A stretch of DNA of 64,000 nt, from positions 620,001 through 684,000 of the forward strand of contig CAUYUJ010000003.1 in the NCBI GenBank assembly GCA_963575745.1, in the 5' to 3' direction. The notes under the pieces are model-generated. The model was given only the letters and a program-made list of their open reading frames with translations, made no database searches and was not told where the DNA came from. How positions within the stretch are numbered: the first letter of the stretch is position 1; every line of letters begins with the position of its first letter. Origin of the DNA: Prorocentrum cordatum. Lineage: Eukaryota. The position numbers and the translations under genes were made by a program. Below, one piece after another: positions 1-13,254 of this stretch.

Positions 1-7
1 GGTAGCG

Positions 8-43
<36 letters not shown>

Positions 44-342
44 CTAGTAGTAGTAGTAGTAGTAGTAGTACTGATAGCAGTAGTAGTAGTGGTAGTAGTA
101 GTAGTAATAAGGGTAGTAATAATAATGAACGTAATTCTAATCGTCGTCATCGTCGCACTAGTACTACTACTACTACTAATCGTAGTACGAACCGTCGCCG
201 TAGTAGTAACCGTATGACAACTCGAAAAAAGTAGCAATCGTAGTCGTAGTAGTAGTAGAAGTAACGGTATTAATCGTAGTCGTAGTCTTGGTCGTAGTAG
301 GAATAATAATCGTAGTAGAAGTAGTAGAAGGAAGAAGTAGTC

Positions 343-376
<34 letters not shown>

Positions 377-696
377 AAGTAGTAGTAGTACTAGTCGTAG
401 TCGTAGTAGCCCTAGAAGTAGCAATAATAAAACTAATAACGGTAGTATGAGTATGAATCGCAGTAGTAGTAGGAGTAATAGAAATAGTCGAAGTAATAAA
501 CATAGTAGTCGTAGTGGTAGTGGTGTAGTCGTAGTCATGATCGTAAAATTATGTACTAAGAAAATGGTAGTCGTACGACTACAACTACTACTACTACTAT
601 TACTACTACTACTACTGCTACTACTACGAGGACGACTACTACTACTACTACTACTACTGCTACTACTACTACTACTACGACTGGTACTTTTACTGG

Positions 697-733
<37 letters not shown>

Positions 734-1328
734 GAAAGTAGAAGTAGTGGTAGTAGTAGTAGTAGTCGTAGTAACCATACTAGTTCTAGTCGTAGTCGGA
801 GTAGAAATAGACGTATCACTGATACGAATAATCGTAGTAGCAAGCGTAGTGGTAGAAGTAAGACTGTACAAGTCGTAGTAGTCGTAGTAATAGGTACATC
901 ACTAGCGGTAAAATGAATAGTGGTGGTAATAGTAGTGGTAGCCGTGGTGGTGGTAACCGTAGTCGTCCCAAATAGTACTGTAACACTAATAATCGTGCAA
1001 GTCGTAATGGTCGTAGTCGTAGCCGTAGTCGTGGTAGCCGCCGTCGCAACACTGTAATAGTATGACCAAACATATAGCTCCCGTAATAGTAGTAACCATG
1101 TAGCGTCGCCATCGTCGCGGGTAGTAGAAATAAAAATACTAGCGTCCGCAGTAGCTGAAGTAGTCGTAGTAGTAGTAGTCGTCGTAGTGGTTGAGGTAGT
1201 AGTTAAAGTTGAACTAGTAGTGGTGAATATAAAGAAGCAGTAATAGTAGTAGTAGACGTAGTAACCATGGAAATAATTGTGTTAGCTGTGGTAGTGGTTG
1301 TAGTGGTAGTAGTAAGTAGTAATAGTAA

Positions 1329-1387
<59 letters not shown>

Positions 1388-1388
1388 C

Positions 1389-1432
<44 letters not shown>

Positions 1433-1440
1433 ATCGTAGC

Positions 1441-1488
<48 letters not shown>

Positions 1489-2235
1489 TGTAGTAGTTGT
1501 AGCGGTACTAGTAGTAGTCGCAGTAGTAGTAGTAGTAGTGGTAGCCATAATTGTAGGTGTAGCAGGAATAATCTCAGTAGTAATAATCCTCGTGCAGGCA
1601 GTAGTAGTACTAGTCGTACCAGTCGTAGCAATAGTAGTAGTAGTAGTAATAATAATAGTAGTAGTAGTAGTAGTACTACCAAAAATAATGGTCGTAGTAG
1701 AAGTAGTAGTCGTCGTCGTAGTGGTACTAGCAGGCGTCGCCGTAGTAGTAGTATGAAAAGTTGCAATCGTAGTCGTAGTAGTGGACATAACAATAGAAAG
1801 GGTACTGCAAAAAGCGGTAGCCGCAGTCGCAGTTGAACTTATAGCAAGTGTAGCCGTAGTCGTAGTAGAAGTAGTAGTAATGGTATTGGTAGCAGTAGCG
1901 GTATTACAAAATGGTATGAATAATGATAGGACGGCTCGCCGTGAAAGAAGTAGCGGCAAAAGTAACAGCAATGGTAGTAATAGCCGTAGACGAACAAGTA
2001 GTCGTAGTAGTAGTAGTCGTAATAGTCGCAGTCGTCGTCGTAGTGGTAGAAATAGTAGTAGTACTCGTAATAACAGTAGTAGTAGTAATCGTAGTAGTAG
2101 TAGTAGTAGTAGTAGTAGTAATAGTAGTAGTAGTAGCAGCAGTAGTAGTAGTAGTGGTGGTAGTAGTAGTAGCACTAGTGAGAGTAGTAGTGATAGCAAG
2201 GGTACTCTTAGTAATACTACTCGTAATAGTAGCAA

Positions 2236-2282
<47 letters not shown>

Positions 2283-2310
2283 ACAGTAGTAGGAGTAGTG
2301 ATAGTAGTAA

Positions 2311-2341
<31 letters not shown>

Positions 2342-2349
2342 CGTCGTCA

Positions 2350-2380
<31 letters not shown>

Positions 2381-2745
2381 TGTTGTTGTCGTAGTAGTAG
2401 TAGTAGTAGTAGTAGTAGTGAAGTAGTAGTAGTCATAGTAGTCGTAGTGGTAGTACTAGTAATCGAAATAATACTAGTAGTGCTATTACTCGTGGAAAAA
2501 TAATACTAGTACTTGTAGTGGTAGTCGTAGTAGAAGTAATAGTCGTAGTCGTAGTAGCAATAACACTAGTAGCCGTAGCAACCGTACTAGTTGTGGGAGG
2601 CGTAGCCGTAGTAGTAATAAAAACAATGAAGAGAGTACTAGTAATAGTACGAGTCGTCGTTTTACGAGTAGTGCTAGCAATAGTCGTAGTCGTCGCAGTA
2701 GTAGAAGTAGTAGTCGTAGTAATATTAATAATCGTAATATTAATC
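1..2745. repeat. Degenerate (TAG/AGT)n trinucleotide microsatellite array with short inverted (CTA)n blocks
   Basis: Continuous gtagtagta repeats with in-phase variants (tcg, taa, tgg, cag). Reverse-complement blocks at about 161-180 and 575-735. Confidence 0.97.
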
Positions 2746-3454
2746 ATATGACAAATACTTGCACTAGCGCTACAATTCGAAAAACGGTGTTTGGAAATGG
2801 ATTCCGCGCCCGGGTCGGGCCCGCTCTTTTTGCTGCGTCCTCATCAGGGTTCCAGTGGTCTTGTCTGCTTCCAGCGTCCCACATCCTGCGTGATGGCATG
2901 CGTGTTTGTTGGGAATTTGTTTTCTCGTGGTTATCTGGATTGTTCGGTGCCCTGTGGGTGGTCATCTGTGGGCGGCACCTCATGATGCATTTGTAGTTGC
3001 GACGTCCCCTTTTTTGCCCTGGTGGCCGACGGCGGCGGGGCAACAATTTGTCTGAAATTCTAAGGGGCCGCGGAATTGCCTCAAGTGCATCAGCCTCCCC
3101 TTCCCCTGTAAAAATCATTTCAAGAAGAACTTTGTCTGGCCAGTGCCAGCAGCGGGATAATTCGACCTTGGGTTTTTGGTCCTTAATAAAACTATGCTTA
3201 AGAAGATCCCGAACCGAAATTATCCCATCGGTTCTTAAGTAGAAATCAATTACCCCAGCGCGTCCCAGATCTTGGCCTCACGGATCCCATGGGCTTTCCG
3301 CATTCGAAATTCAAACAACAAAAAAACTACCCCGGGGTATTCCCGACTTCGGCTTCGGGTGATTTCGGTTCTTCGCATTTCAGACGAAACCTGTGCCCAA
3401 CCGAAGCGGAACTTCGTCGTTTCCTTGTATTTGTCGTCACGAGCGGTCGCGGTC

Positions 3455-3680
3455 GGCCGCCGTGCCGCGCCGTTTCGTGCCGTGCCGCGCTTGGTCGTCA
3501 GCACTTGAAACTTTTGACGTGCCGCAGCGTGCTTGGTCATCGGAATGCGGCAACTGCGCCGTGTCCGTGCCCGTGTGCCGCGCCATGCCGCGTTTGGTCC
3601 TTAGGGAGCGGCACATGCGCAATGCCGTGCCGTGCCGTGCCCGCGCGCCGTGCCGTGTGCGTGCCGTGCGCGTGGCCACA
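3455..3680. repeat. Degenerate (GTGCC)n pentamer repeat
   Basis: cgtgccgtgccgtgcc runs, e.g. 3623-3670. Confidence 0.8.
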
Positions 3681-4094
3681 CACGCCAAGCAGGCCCATTG
3701 TGATGGTGATTCGCCGTGGTTCTCATGCAGCGTCGCTGCTAGGGTATATTCGCACGGTTTCATGTTTTCACTGCGCAAGCGTGCTTCCTCTGAATGGCAT
3801 TCGGACCATAACTCGGTCCTCCGGCAGCAGTTCGGCGCGATTCGTCTCCCCCCGAACGCCCTCGGCGACAGGTTGATGCACCAGCAGCGGAGATTCACAA
3901 TTTGCAACATTCTGTCTCGCACAAGGCACGTCCGACAAGGAGTGTCAACAACAAGTAGATAGGGCATCCCAGTCACCGACATGTTAGAAAGCATTTTGCG
4001 ACATCCTGTCTCCCGCCAAAAAACGTTGCCGTGGTGGCGCGACGCTCGCCTTACGAGAACTGCACACTTCCATGTTCTTGTTTGTGTTTCGCAA

Positions 4095-4124
4095 GCTGTA
4101 ATAAGGGTATTGGTAGAAGCCGTG

Positions 4125-4168
<44 letters not shown>

Positions 4169-4464
4169 TGTAGTAGTAGTAGTAGTAGTAGTAGTAGTAA
4201 TAAGAATAACAGTAGTAGAAGTAGTGGTAGTGCTAGCCGTAGTGGTCTTCGAACTAGTAGTGGTAGATATACTAGTAAGAACAATAGCGGAAGTGGTAGT
4301 ATTAGCAGTAGTAGTAGTAGTAGTAGTAGTAGCGATTGTAGCGGTAGTAATGATAAAAATACCGGGGGTAGCAGCAGTAGTAGTAGTAGCAGTCGCAGTA
4401 GTAGTAGTATTAGTAGTAGCAGTAGTAGTAGTAGTACTAGTAGTAGTAGTAGTAGTAGTAGTAA

Positions 4465-4495
<31 letters not shown>

Positions 4496-4538
4496 CGTAG
4501 TCGTAGTCGTAGTCGTAGTGGTAGTGAAAGCCGTAAGG

Positions 4539-4590
<52 letters not shown>

Positions 4591-4802
4591 CACTACTGAG
4601 AGCAGTGGGATTAGTAGTAGCAGTAACCGTGGTAGTAGTATATGTAGTAGTAGTCGTAGTAGAACAGGTAATGGTATCATTCGTCGTCGTAGTAGTAGTA
4701 GTAGTAGCCGTAGTGGTGGTAGTAATAATCGTGAAAAGGAATCGTAAAAGTGGGCGTGCTAGTAGTAGTAGTAGTAGCTGTGGTAGTAGTAGTAGCAGCG
4801 GC

Positions 4803-4846
<44 letters not shown>

Positions 4847-5021
4847 CAGTAGTAGTAGTAATAGTAATAGCAGTAGAAGTAGTGTAATAGTACCACTAGT
4901 AGCGCTACTACTAACCGTGCAACTGGTAGTAGAAGTAGCAGTGGTGAAAGCAGAAGTAGTAGCACTAATAATCGTAGTAGTGGTAGTAGAAGTAGTAGAA
5001 GAAGAAGCAGTAGTAGTATTG

Positions 5022-5062
<41 letters not shown>

Positions 5063-5081
5063 TGTAGTAGTAGTAGTTGTG

Positions 5082-5136
<55 letters not shown>

Positions 5137-5144
5137 TGGTAGTG

Positions 5145-5175
<31 letters not shown>

Positions 5176-5326
5176 CAGTAGTCGTAGGCGTGGTCTTACC
5201 CGTCGGAGGTAGAACTAGTAGTCGTAGTAGTAGCAGCAGTAGTAGTGGTACAAATAGTGCTAGTAGTCGCGGTAGCAGCAACAATATTGATACTTGTAGT
5301 AGTAGTAGTAGTACTAGTAGTAGTAC

Positions 5327-5389
<63 letters not shown>

Positions 5390-5390
5390 C

Positions 5391-5433
<43 letters not shown>

Positions 5434-5495
5434 TGACTACCACCACTACGGCCACACATGCTACTGCTACCACTACTACGACTACGACTACGACG

Positions 5496-5542
<47 letters not shown>

Positions 5543-5570
5543 GGGTAATGTACCACTCGTAATAATAGTA
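4095..5570. repeat. (TAG)n array ending in an inverted (CTA)n block
   Basis: gtagtagta from about 4095 to 5432, then ctactacta from about 5433 to 5545. Confidence 0.97.
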
Positions 5571-6039
5571 GGGTTGAACGTTGCCGCCGCGCAGTGTACA
5601 CAGAACGTGTGAAGGGTAAGGGGCTCGGGCCTGGTATCGGGATGGGGTGCAGTATAATTCGAAAACTCAACTCACGAAGTGCACGACCATGTGATACCAT
5701 ACGATATCAACACATGCAATCCTACACACATGCGCTTGCCTACAAATATTGAAAATACATGCAATACAACTACAAATGCGACGCACACGCAATACAACAC
5801 AACTACCATCGGATACAATACAACTACATCCAACATGCAAGCACAACAGCCATACACACACTACACATACAGTGCCAACGCGGTATTCACAGCAAACTTC
5901 CTCCCCGCGCGCAAATGACGTTTAGAATTGTCCCGTCCCCATTCGAGCCGCTACGCCGTGGTGCGACCCTGAGCACACCCGATTCAAACGACCGCACGCA
6001 AGTAACGGTACAACCAAGGCTCCCTCGGGAACCCTCGAG

Positions 6040-6830
6040 GCTTTGGCAGTCGCAGCGCTCTCTTGGGAATCCTCGCGTATTCCAAATATCAAATCATTTC
6101 GTTTCAAAATTTAGCTGGATGCCTCAGGACTCGTCGGAACCCTGGAGGTTTACACAGATGCTCTAAAAAACCGAACGGATTCCTCAGGCTCCTTCTGGAT
6201 TCCGCAGATCCCCCCGGGATTCCAGGGGGACTGTTCGAATCCCGCGGGGTTCTCCATAATTCCTCTGGGGTTCTTCAAAGCTCGTTCGATTTTTTGATAC
6301 CTCCTCAGATTCCCTTCGGGATCTTTTCCGGTTCCCCCGGCATTGCTCAGGACTCTTCAGGACCCCTTCGGGGTTCTCTAGGACAACGGAGGACTCCTGA
6401 AAGGCTCTTCGGGACTCCCCAAAGGCTATAAAACATCCTGAGAAGCACGCGGGCCCCCGATGGATCCCAAGAAGCTTCATGTTCATGGAGGAACCATCCA
6501 GTTTCAACCGGATTCCTCCTGATTCTTTGTATCCGCGGGACTCCTTCGGGAACCCTCAGGGGTTTCACTCGCGCCCGCGTGATCCTTTCAGAAAGTTGCG
6601 GTGATATCGGAATCAGCAGACTCCCCTGGGAACCATAAGGTTCATAAAGAGGCCGGTGGATCCCCTCGTGAATCCCGTCGGTTCTCTCGGGGGCTCTGCG
6701 TGGTCTTGCGGGCAGCGGCAGGGCGCCATCGGGAATCATCGGGCCCCCCTCGGGAACATTTACAGTTTCAGGAAGAATTCGCAAGATTACTTCAGGGGCC
6801 ACGCGTCACTTACTCGCCCATGGAATCCTG
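6040..6830 (-). repeat. Degenerate GGATTCCT/GGAATCCT-type short-period satellite (left arm)
   Basis: Recurrent ggattcc, gactcct, ttcggga and ttcagga motifs, which are the reverse complement of the motifs at 7140-7503 and 9660-10040. Confidence 0.7.
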
Positions 6831-6861
6831 ATCGTCTTCTTCTTCCTCCTCCAACTACTCC

Positions 6862-6988
6862 GAATCATCATCACCATCGTCACCACCATCAGCATCATCA
6901 TCGTCATCAGCATCACCATCATCAGCACAGTCACCATCATAACTAGCAGAATCACCTCCATCATCATCATCATCATCAGCATCGCCGA

Positions 6989-7025
<37 letters not shown>

Positions 7026-7140
7026 GTCATCATCCGTCTCCTCCTCCTCCACCACCTCCTCCCCGTCCTCTCCATTATCGTCCTCATCACCCTCCTCCCC
7101 TCCTCATCCTCATCCGTCTCCTCCCAATCCCCCTCCTCCT
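6862..7140. repeat. (CAT)n followed by a (CCT)-rich microsatellite
   Basis: catcatcat runs 6862-7035, cctcct 7036-7140. Confidence 0.95.
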
Positions 7141-7503
7141 CCTGAAGAACCTTGAAGAAACCTGAGGACGTTTGGGGAACCCTGAAAGGCCAGGAGGAAT
7201 CCTGAAAAATCCGGTCGGAGGCTCAGAAACTTTTAGGAATCCAAAGGGCCCCGGAGGAGTACCGATGCACGCTGGGGGGATATGGGGAAGTCCTGCAGAA
7301 TCCCACCGAAGGGCCTTGAAACATCCAAAAAAGATCCTGAAGGACCCTGAGGAGACTTGAAGAATCCGGGTGCGAACTCAGAAATTCAAATGAATATTGA
7401 GGAGCCCCGAAGACTCCTGCAGGAACCCAAAGGAATCCCAAGAAACCCTGAGGAACCATCGTCCGGAACCTGGAGACACCGCGCGGGGTCAAAAGGAATC
7501 CTG
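7140..7503 (+). repeat. Degenerate GGAATCCT satellite (right arm, resumes at 9660-10040 after the LINE insertion)
   Basis: gaatcctga, gaaccctga and aggaatcc motifs on both sides of the LINE. Confidence 0.7.
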
Positions 7504-9659
7504 CGGCATGTTTGGGAAAATGCCATCCGGTCTTCAGCAGGGGAACATCTGCAAACGCAGACAGCGACGACCCAAAACCCCTGGAATTCTGATGTTGTCC
7601 TGCAGGCGAAAAGACGAAAAGAGACCGGGATCAGGAGAGAGACCCTTTCAGGAGGACAGCCTTGCATTGGCGCTGGAAACGGGCACTCCGGAAAGAAGTT
7701 CGGATTTGGAAGACTCGGCAGGCCGCAAGATCTTATCTGAGTTTCAAGTTTTATCCCGCTTGGACGTTGCATGTCACGTTCCGGTTGAGCGGGAAATTCC
7801 TGCCAAGCGGCCAAGCGACGGGGAGCTTGCGCGAGCTCTCGCCGTAGTGTACTCGAGGGAGACGCCGACTGAGAGACCGCTGCCGCGAAGTGTTCTTCGC
7901 GACGTTCCCCCGTTCAGCACTGCAGAACTCAGGGCGGCTTTGAGAAAGCTAGCGCGCAACGAGGCCGCAGACACCGAGGGCATTGCGTTAGAGCACATTC
8001 TGCATTTACCTCTGCGAGCAAAGAAGCTCATTCTTGACCAGTACAACAAATGTCTGAACGAAGTGGCTTTCCCGAAGGAGTGGCTGCATACGACTTTCAC
8101 AATGCTGCCCAAGCCGGGGGACGCGTCGAAGGCTTCCAATTGACGCCCAATCGCCGTGCAAAGGATATTCTACAAGATTCTGGCTGAAATGCTTCTGTCA
8201 AGGATTTCGCCGAAGTTGGAAGCAGCGCAGGGGAAAGATCAATGTGCGTACCGGCCTGGCTTCGGCGCCGACGAGGCTCTGCACTGCGTGGAACACATGA
8301 TAGGATTTGCGCACGCGTTTAACCAGGATCTTTGGATCGTCAGCCTAGACCTGAGCAAGGCGTTCGATAAAGTCTTTCACGAATCTGTTATCGAAGCAAT
8401 CTTGCAGCAAGGTGTAGATGAGGCTCACGCTTCCTTGTTGCAAGAGCTGTACTGGGGACAGACGGGCCAAGTTGGCACGAGCGACGTCTTCCAGCTCTTC
8501 CGGGGAGTTCGCCAGGGCGACGTCCTCAGTCCGTGCTTATTCAACGCAGTCATGGAGATGGTGTTCAACAGGTGGAAAGGCCGCCTCACTACGCAGGGTT
8601 GGGAACTCCCGGGACAGGCAGAACGCCTCACGAACATTCGATTTGCAGACGATGTTCTGCTTTATGCCCGCTCGCTGGAGGACGCAAAAATCATGCTCTC
8701 GCTCTTGACTGACGAGTTCCAGGCCGTAGGGCTACAACTGAACGCCGCGAAGACTAAGATCTTATCTTCCAGAGACGTGGGTGCGCCACCCGGCACTTGC
8801 AAAATCGAATGGATTGCTGGCCGCTGTTTTCAAGTGCTGTCCGCGAATGATTCCCACGCATATTTGGGGAGAGCCCTCAACTTGTCAAAGAACAGGGCAA
8901 CAAGTGCCGTCAAAAGGAGGATATCAGCGGCATGGCACCAATTCCAAAAGAAGCGCCACATTCTCATGAGCCAGCATATCGGTGCCAGTCACCGAATCAA
9001 GCTCTTCAACTCCACGGTATTGCCAGTCTTGCTGTACGGGTTGACCACCCTGGCGCTGAAGCCGCAGCACCACGCCATGCTCCGGGGAGCGCGGACAAAG
9101 ATGCTCCGAAGTATGGCTGGCTGGAGGGGAGCAAAAGGCGAAAGCTGGCAGGACACGATGCGGAGGATGCAGACGCGCGTGTCGAACATGCTGTCCACGG
9201 CAGCCTCCCCAGACGCATCGGAAAGGATGTTCTCTTTGAAATGGCGGCTGGCTCGCCGGCTCTTCAGCGCAGGAGTTGAGAAATTGGCTCCCCATCTTCG
9301 ACACCTGCAGTCTGCTCACAAGCGAGCACGAGGCAGACCACCGCTGCAATGGATAGATGACTGCAGACAGTTCTGCGCGCACGTCGGCGCAGATTCTCTG
9401 GAACAGGCGCTGCAAACGCCGGGGAGGGAGAAACAGTACATCGAGTTCTGCATGATGAAGGTGTGATGCCCCTCCCCCCCTCTCCCCTCCCTTCTCCCTC
9501 CCTCCCTGCCCCTCCTCTTCTGCATTTTTCCGAATTCCCAATTCCATTTTCTGTTCATGTCTCACAAATTTGTTGTCTGGCTGGTAGACTGATTGCACAC
9601 CCATGCCCTGCACAGGGCCGAGCAGCCGGCAGGCATGCTCGAGTGGCTCGCTCGCTCGC
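7504..9659 (+). mobile_element. 5'-truncated non-LTR retrotransposon (LINE, RTE-like)
   Basis: RT-encoding frames with LINE motifs, a pyrimidine-rich 3' UTR and a short (GCTC)n tail at about 9646-9659. No APE endonuclease domain is recognisable upstream. Boundaries are taken from where the flanking satellite stops and resumes. Confidence 0.85.
7800..9466 (+). pseudogene. LINE ORF2 reverse transcriptase, interrupted by an in-frame TGA at 8141-8143
   Basis: FPKEW..TTFTMLPKPGD..SN*RPIAV (canonical NW/YRPI), QCAYRPGFG, LDLSKAFDKV, GVRQGDVLSPCLF, IRFADD, GLQLNAAKTK, YLG and C-terminal RGRPPLQW. ORFs 7397-8143 and 8156-9466 are in the same frame. The 5' boundary is approximate. Confidence 0.92.
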
Positions 9660-10427
9660 GGGTATCCTGAAGCACCCGGAGGAACCTGCAGAAATCCAAA
9701 GGAACGTTTAAGAACCCATAAAATAAGAAACCACTTGGCTACTCATTTTTTAAAATAAAAAACTGAGAAATCTGGATGAAACCGCTGGGATCCTGAGAAA
9801 TCCCGAAGGACCCGGAGAAATCGTGAGGAATCCGGAGGAACTTTCGGAACTTCTGAAGCATCCTGAGGAGCCCAAAGGCATCCTGACAAATCTTGAACCT
9901 TTTGTAGCCTGGAGGAATCCACATGGATCCTACATGGCCCTAAGAGATTTTGAAAATCCTCGGGCGCCCTGAAGAATCCATAAGTACCCAAAGGAACCCT
10001 CAAGAGGCCTCAGGAACCCGAGCGAGTCCTGAGACATCATGAGGGACACCCCCCCCGCGACTCGACGCGACGCGTCGCGTCGCGGGGAGTCGGGAGCCCA
10101 CTGGGTCGCAGCCTGGTTCTCCTCAAGACCTCAAGCATCACCACTGAGGAATCTAAAGAAAGATACGGGAAAAAGAAAAGAACACATTCATCCATTCGAT
10201 TCACCAAGAACTCAAAAAGGTCCCATGAAAGACAAATTATGAAAGACAAATGATGCAATACAAATGATGAACGCCGCGGCTGGAGCTCTGCTCCGACCCC
10301 TACAGGAAGACCCGACTGGAAATGATTAAAACTACGCCTCCCCTTACTGCGTCCTACTATAACCAGTTGTACACACATGGCTTAGAGGTAGCGGTTGACC
10401 ACCGCCCGAAAATTATTTTTTACCCTA

Positions 10428-10951
10428 CAAGAAGTCAGGTAAATTGGTACGATTTGAAGAATCGGCCCGCGTACTCAAACCACACGAAAGTACCAGACCG
10501 TTGGTCCAGCCCGGCCAGGGGCCGTCGGCGCAGCCAACCTGGGGACAAAGGGTTTGGCGGCAGATCGCGGGCGATGGGCGCAGCGTGGGGCGCCGGAAAA
10601 CGCACGCAAGAGCCCCCGCAGACTGTGACGCGGGTCAACTCTCGGGCGTGTCAGCGTCGCCTCGGGCGTCGGATCTGGGCACGGATGCGCTACGGACCCT
10701 ATGCGGATCCGAAGCTTTTTGGACGGATCCTGTGCGAATTCATTGGGCCTCGCACGGATCCGAATGGTGGGGAAATCTGTTGCTTGGCACAGATCCTGTC
10801 TGGCCACCCGCCGCCGTCGTCGTCGCCTTCACCTTCGCCGAGCCTGGGGAAGCTCCAAAGCGAACCTGGGCGCGCCCGCGCCCGTGCACCGCCTGGAAAT
10901 TCACAACCACGCGTCCAGTCCAGGCTCTTACCAACTTTACCTGACTGTCTG
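10428..10951. mobile_element. MITE-like element copy 1 (TIR about CAGACAGTCAGGT-AAATTGGTACGA, TA-flanked)
   Basis: Left end TA|caagaagtcaggtaaattggtacga, right end taccaactttacctgactgtctg|tta. Non-coding. Homologous to the adjacent copy at offset 527. Confidence 0.75.
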
Positions 10952-10954
10952 TTA

Positions 10955-11805
10955 CAGACAATCAAATAATTTGGTACGATTTGAAGAATCGGCCCGCGTA
11001 CTCAAACCGCAAGAAGGCACCAGACTGTTGGCCCAGCCAGGCCAGGGGCCGTCGGCACAGCCAGCCTGGGGACAAAGGGTTTGGCGGCAGGTCGCGGGCG
11101 ATGGGCGCAACGTGGGGCTCTGGAAAACGCACGCAGGGGCCCCCGCAGACGGTGACGCAGGTCAATTTTCGGGCGTGTCAGCGTCGCCTCGGGCATCGGA
11201 TCCAACAACGGATACTCTACGGACCTATGCGGGTCCGAAGCTTCTTGGACGGATCCTGTGCGAATTCTTAAGGTCTGAGACGGATCCGAGTGGTGGTCAA
11301 GTCGCGCGCTTCGCACGGACCCTGTCTGAAAAATGCACCCTTGTATCATACTAACCAAGGGCAGCCATAGAATCCAGGGGCGACCTGCCCAGGGAACGGG
11401 GCTAGGCGCCATCTAGAATGTGATTGAAGCTCTCCTGCTGTCCTCAAGCGGCCAATTAAGCAAATTACTAAGCTATTCTTCTGGGTTGCGACGTTTGGGC
11501 CGTCTCGCGTTCTGATCACTGGCCCTCGCCGTTGCTGGCATCGTCGTCGTCGTCCTCGCTGCCTCAACCGCCGATGCCGTGACCGTCGCCGACGTCGCCG
11601 TCGTCGTCGTCGTCGTTGCCTTCGCCGCCGCCGCCCAACTCGTGGTCTGTCGCGGTCGCCGCTGCCTTCGACGTCGCCTTCACCTTCGCCGAGCCTGTGT
11701 GGGGGTTCCAGAGCGCACCTGGGCGCGCTCGCGCCCGTGCGCCGTCTGGAGGTTCAGCCAAGCGTCCAGCCCAGGCAACTCGTACCAATCTGACCTGACT
11801 GTCTG
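10955..11805. mobile_element. MITE-like element copy 2, with an internal unrelated segment (about 11330-11580)
   Basis: Left end TA|cagacaatcaaataatttggtacga, right end tcgtaccaatctgacctgactgtctg|TA. 10971-11330 aligns with 10444-10803, and about 11670-11805 aligns with 10820-10951. Confidence 0.75.
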
Positions 11806-12657
11806 TAGTAGTCGTACTAGTCTCAATCATGGCTGTAGTGGTAGTGCTAGGGGCGGTTGTCATAATAAACGTGATAACATAAATAGCAGTAGCAGAAGTA
11901 GTGGCAATAGTATTCGGAATAATAGTAATCATCGTATTAGTAGTAGTTGTAGTAGAGCCGGGGGTGGTAGTAGCGGTAGTAGTAGCAATGGTAACGGTGA
12001 TGGAAGTAGTAGTCGTAGCAGTAATAGTAGTAGTAGTGGTATTAATAGTGGTCGTCGTAGTAATACGAGATGTATTAATCTTGTACTAGTAGTAATCGTA
12101 AGAGTGATAGTCGTAGTAGTAATAGTAAATCGTAGTACTAGTAGGAGGAGTAACAGTAGTAGCAGTAGTATTGGTAGTCGTAGTAGTGAAAGTGCTGGTA
12201 GACATGATAACATGATGGTAGACATAATACGCATGGTCGTGGTAATACAGGCATTCGTGGCAGTAGTACTACTAGTAGTATTCATAGTAGTAGCCGTAGT
12301 AGTAGTAGTAGTAGTAGCAATACTAGTAGTCGTAGTACGAGTTAGAAAATGATGATACAAATATCAAAACGAGAAGTCGAGGTAGCAATAGTCGTAAGAC
12401 TACAGTAGTGGTAGTAGTAGTCGTCGTAGTCGTAGTCGTAAGCGTCGTCGTACTCGTAGTAGTATTAGTAGTCGTCGTGGCAGTAGTGGTAGTAGTCGTA
12501 GTAGTAGTAGTAGTAGTAGTAGCAGCAGTGGTAGTAGTAGTAGTAGTAGTAGTAATAGTAGTAGTAGTAGTAGGATTACTGGTAGTAGTACTAGTAGTAG
12601 TACGAGTAGTAGTAGTAGAAGTAGTAGTAATAGTAGTAGTAGTAGTAGTAGTAGAAA

Positions 12658-12707
<50 letters not shown>

Positions 12708-12762
12708 ACACGCGTACTAATATTACACAGTAGTAGCAGTAGTAGTAGTAGTAGTAGTAGTC

Positions 12763-12798
<36 letters not shown>

Positions 12799-12932
12799 AG
12801 AGTAGTAGTTGTAGCAGTAGTAGTAAAAAGTAATAGCAATAGACGTTGCAGCAGTGATAGTAGTCGTAGTGGTAGAAGTAGATGTAGTAGTAGTAGTAGT
12901 AGTAGCAGTAGTAGTAGTAGTAGTAGTACGAC

Positions 12933-12966
<34 letters not shown>

Positions 12967-13002
12967 CGTCGTAGTCGTAGTCGTAGTCGTAGTCGTAGTC
13001 GC

Positions 13003-13057
<55 letters not shown>

Positions 13058-13106
13058 ATCGGAGTAATAGTATTGGTAATAGTGGTCGTATTAATAACAA
13101 TCGTAC

Positions 13107-13141
<35 letters not shown>

Positions 13142-13155
13142 TAGTAGCAGCAGCT

Positions 13156-13254
<99 letters not shown>

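Noticed and set aside
8141..8143. TGA at a conserved Trp position as evidence of stop-codon reassignment or readthrough
   Set aside because: The rhomboids and the kinase terminate at TGA and use TGG for Trp. A single TGG>TGA mutation in a truncated LINE is the simpler explanation.
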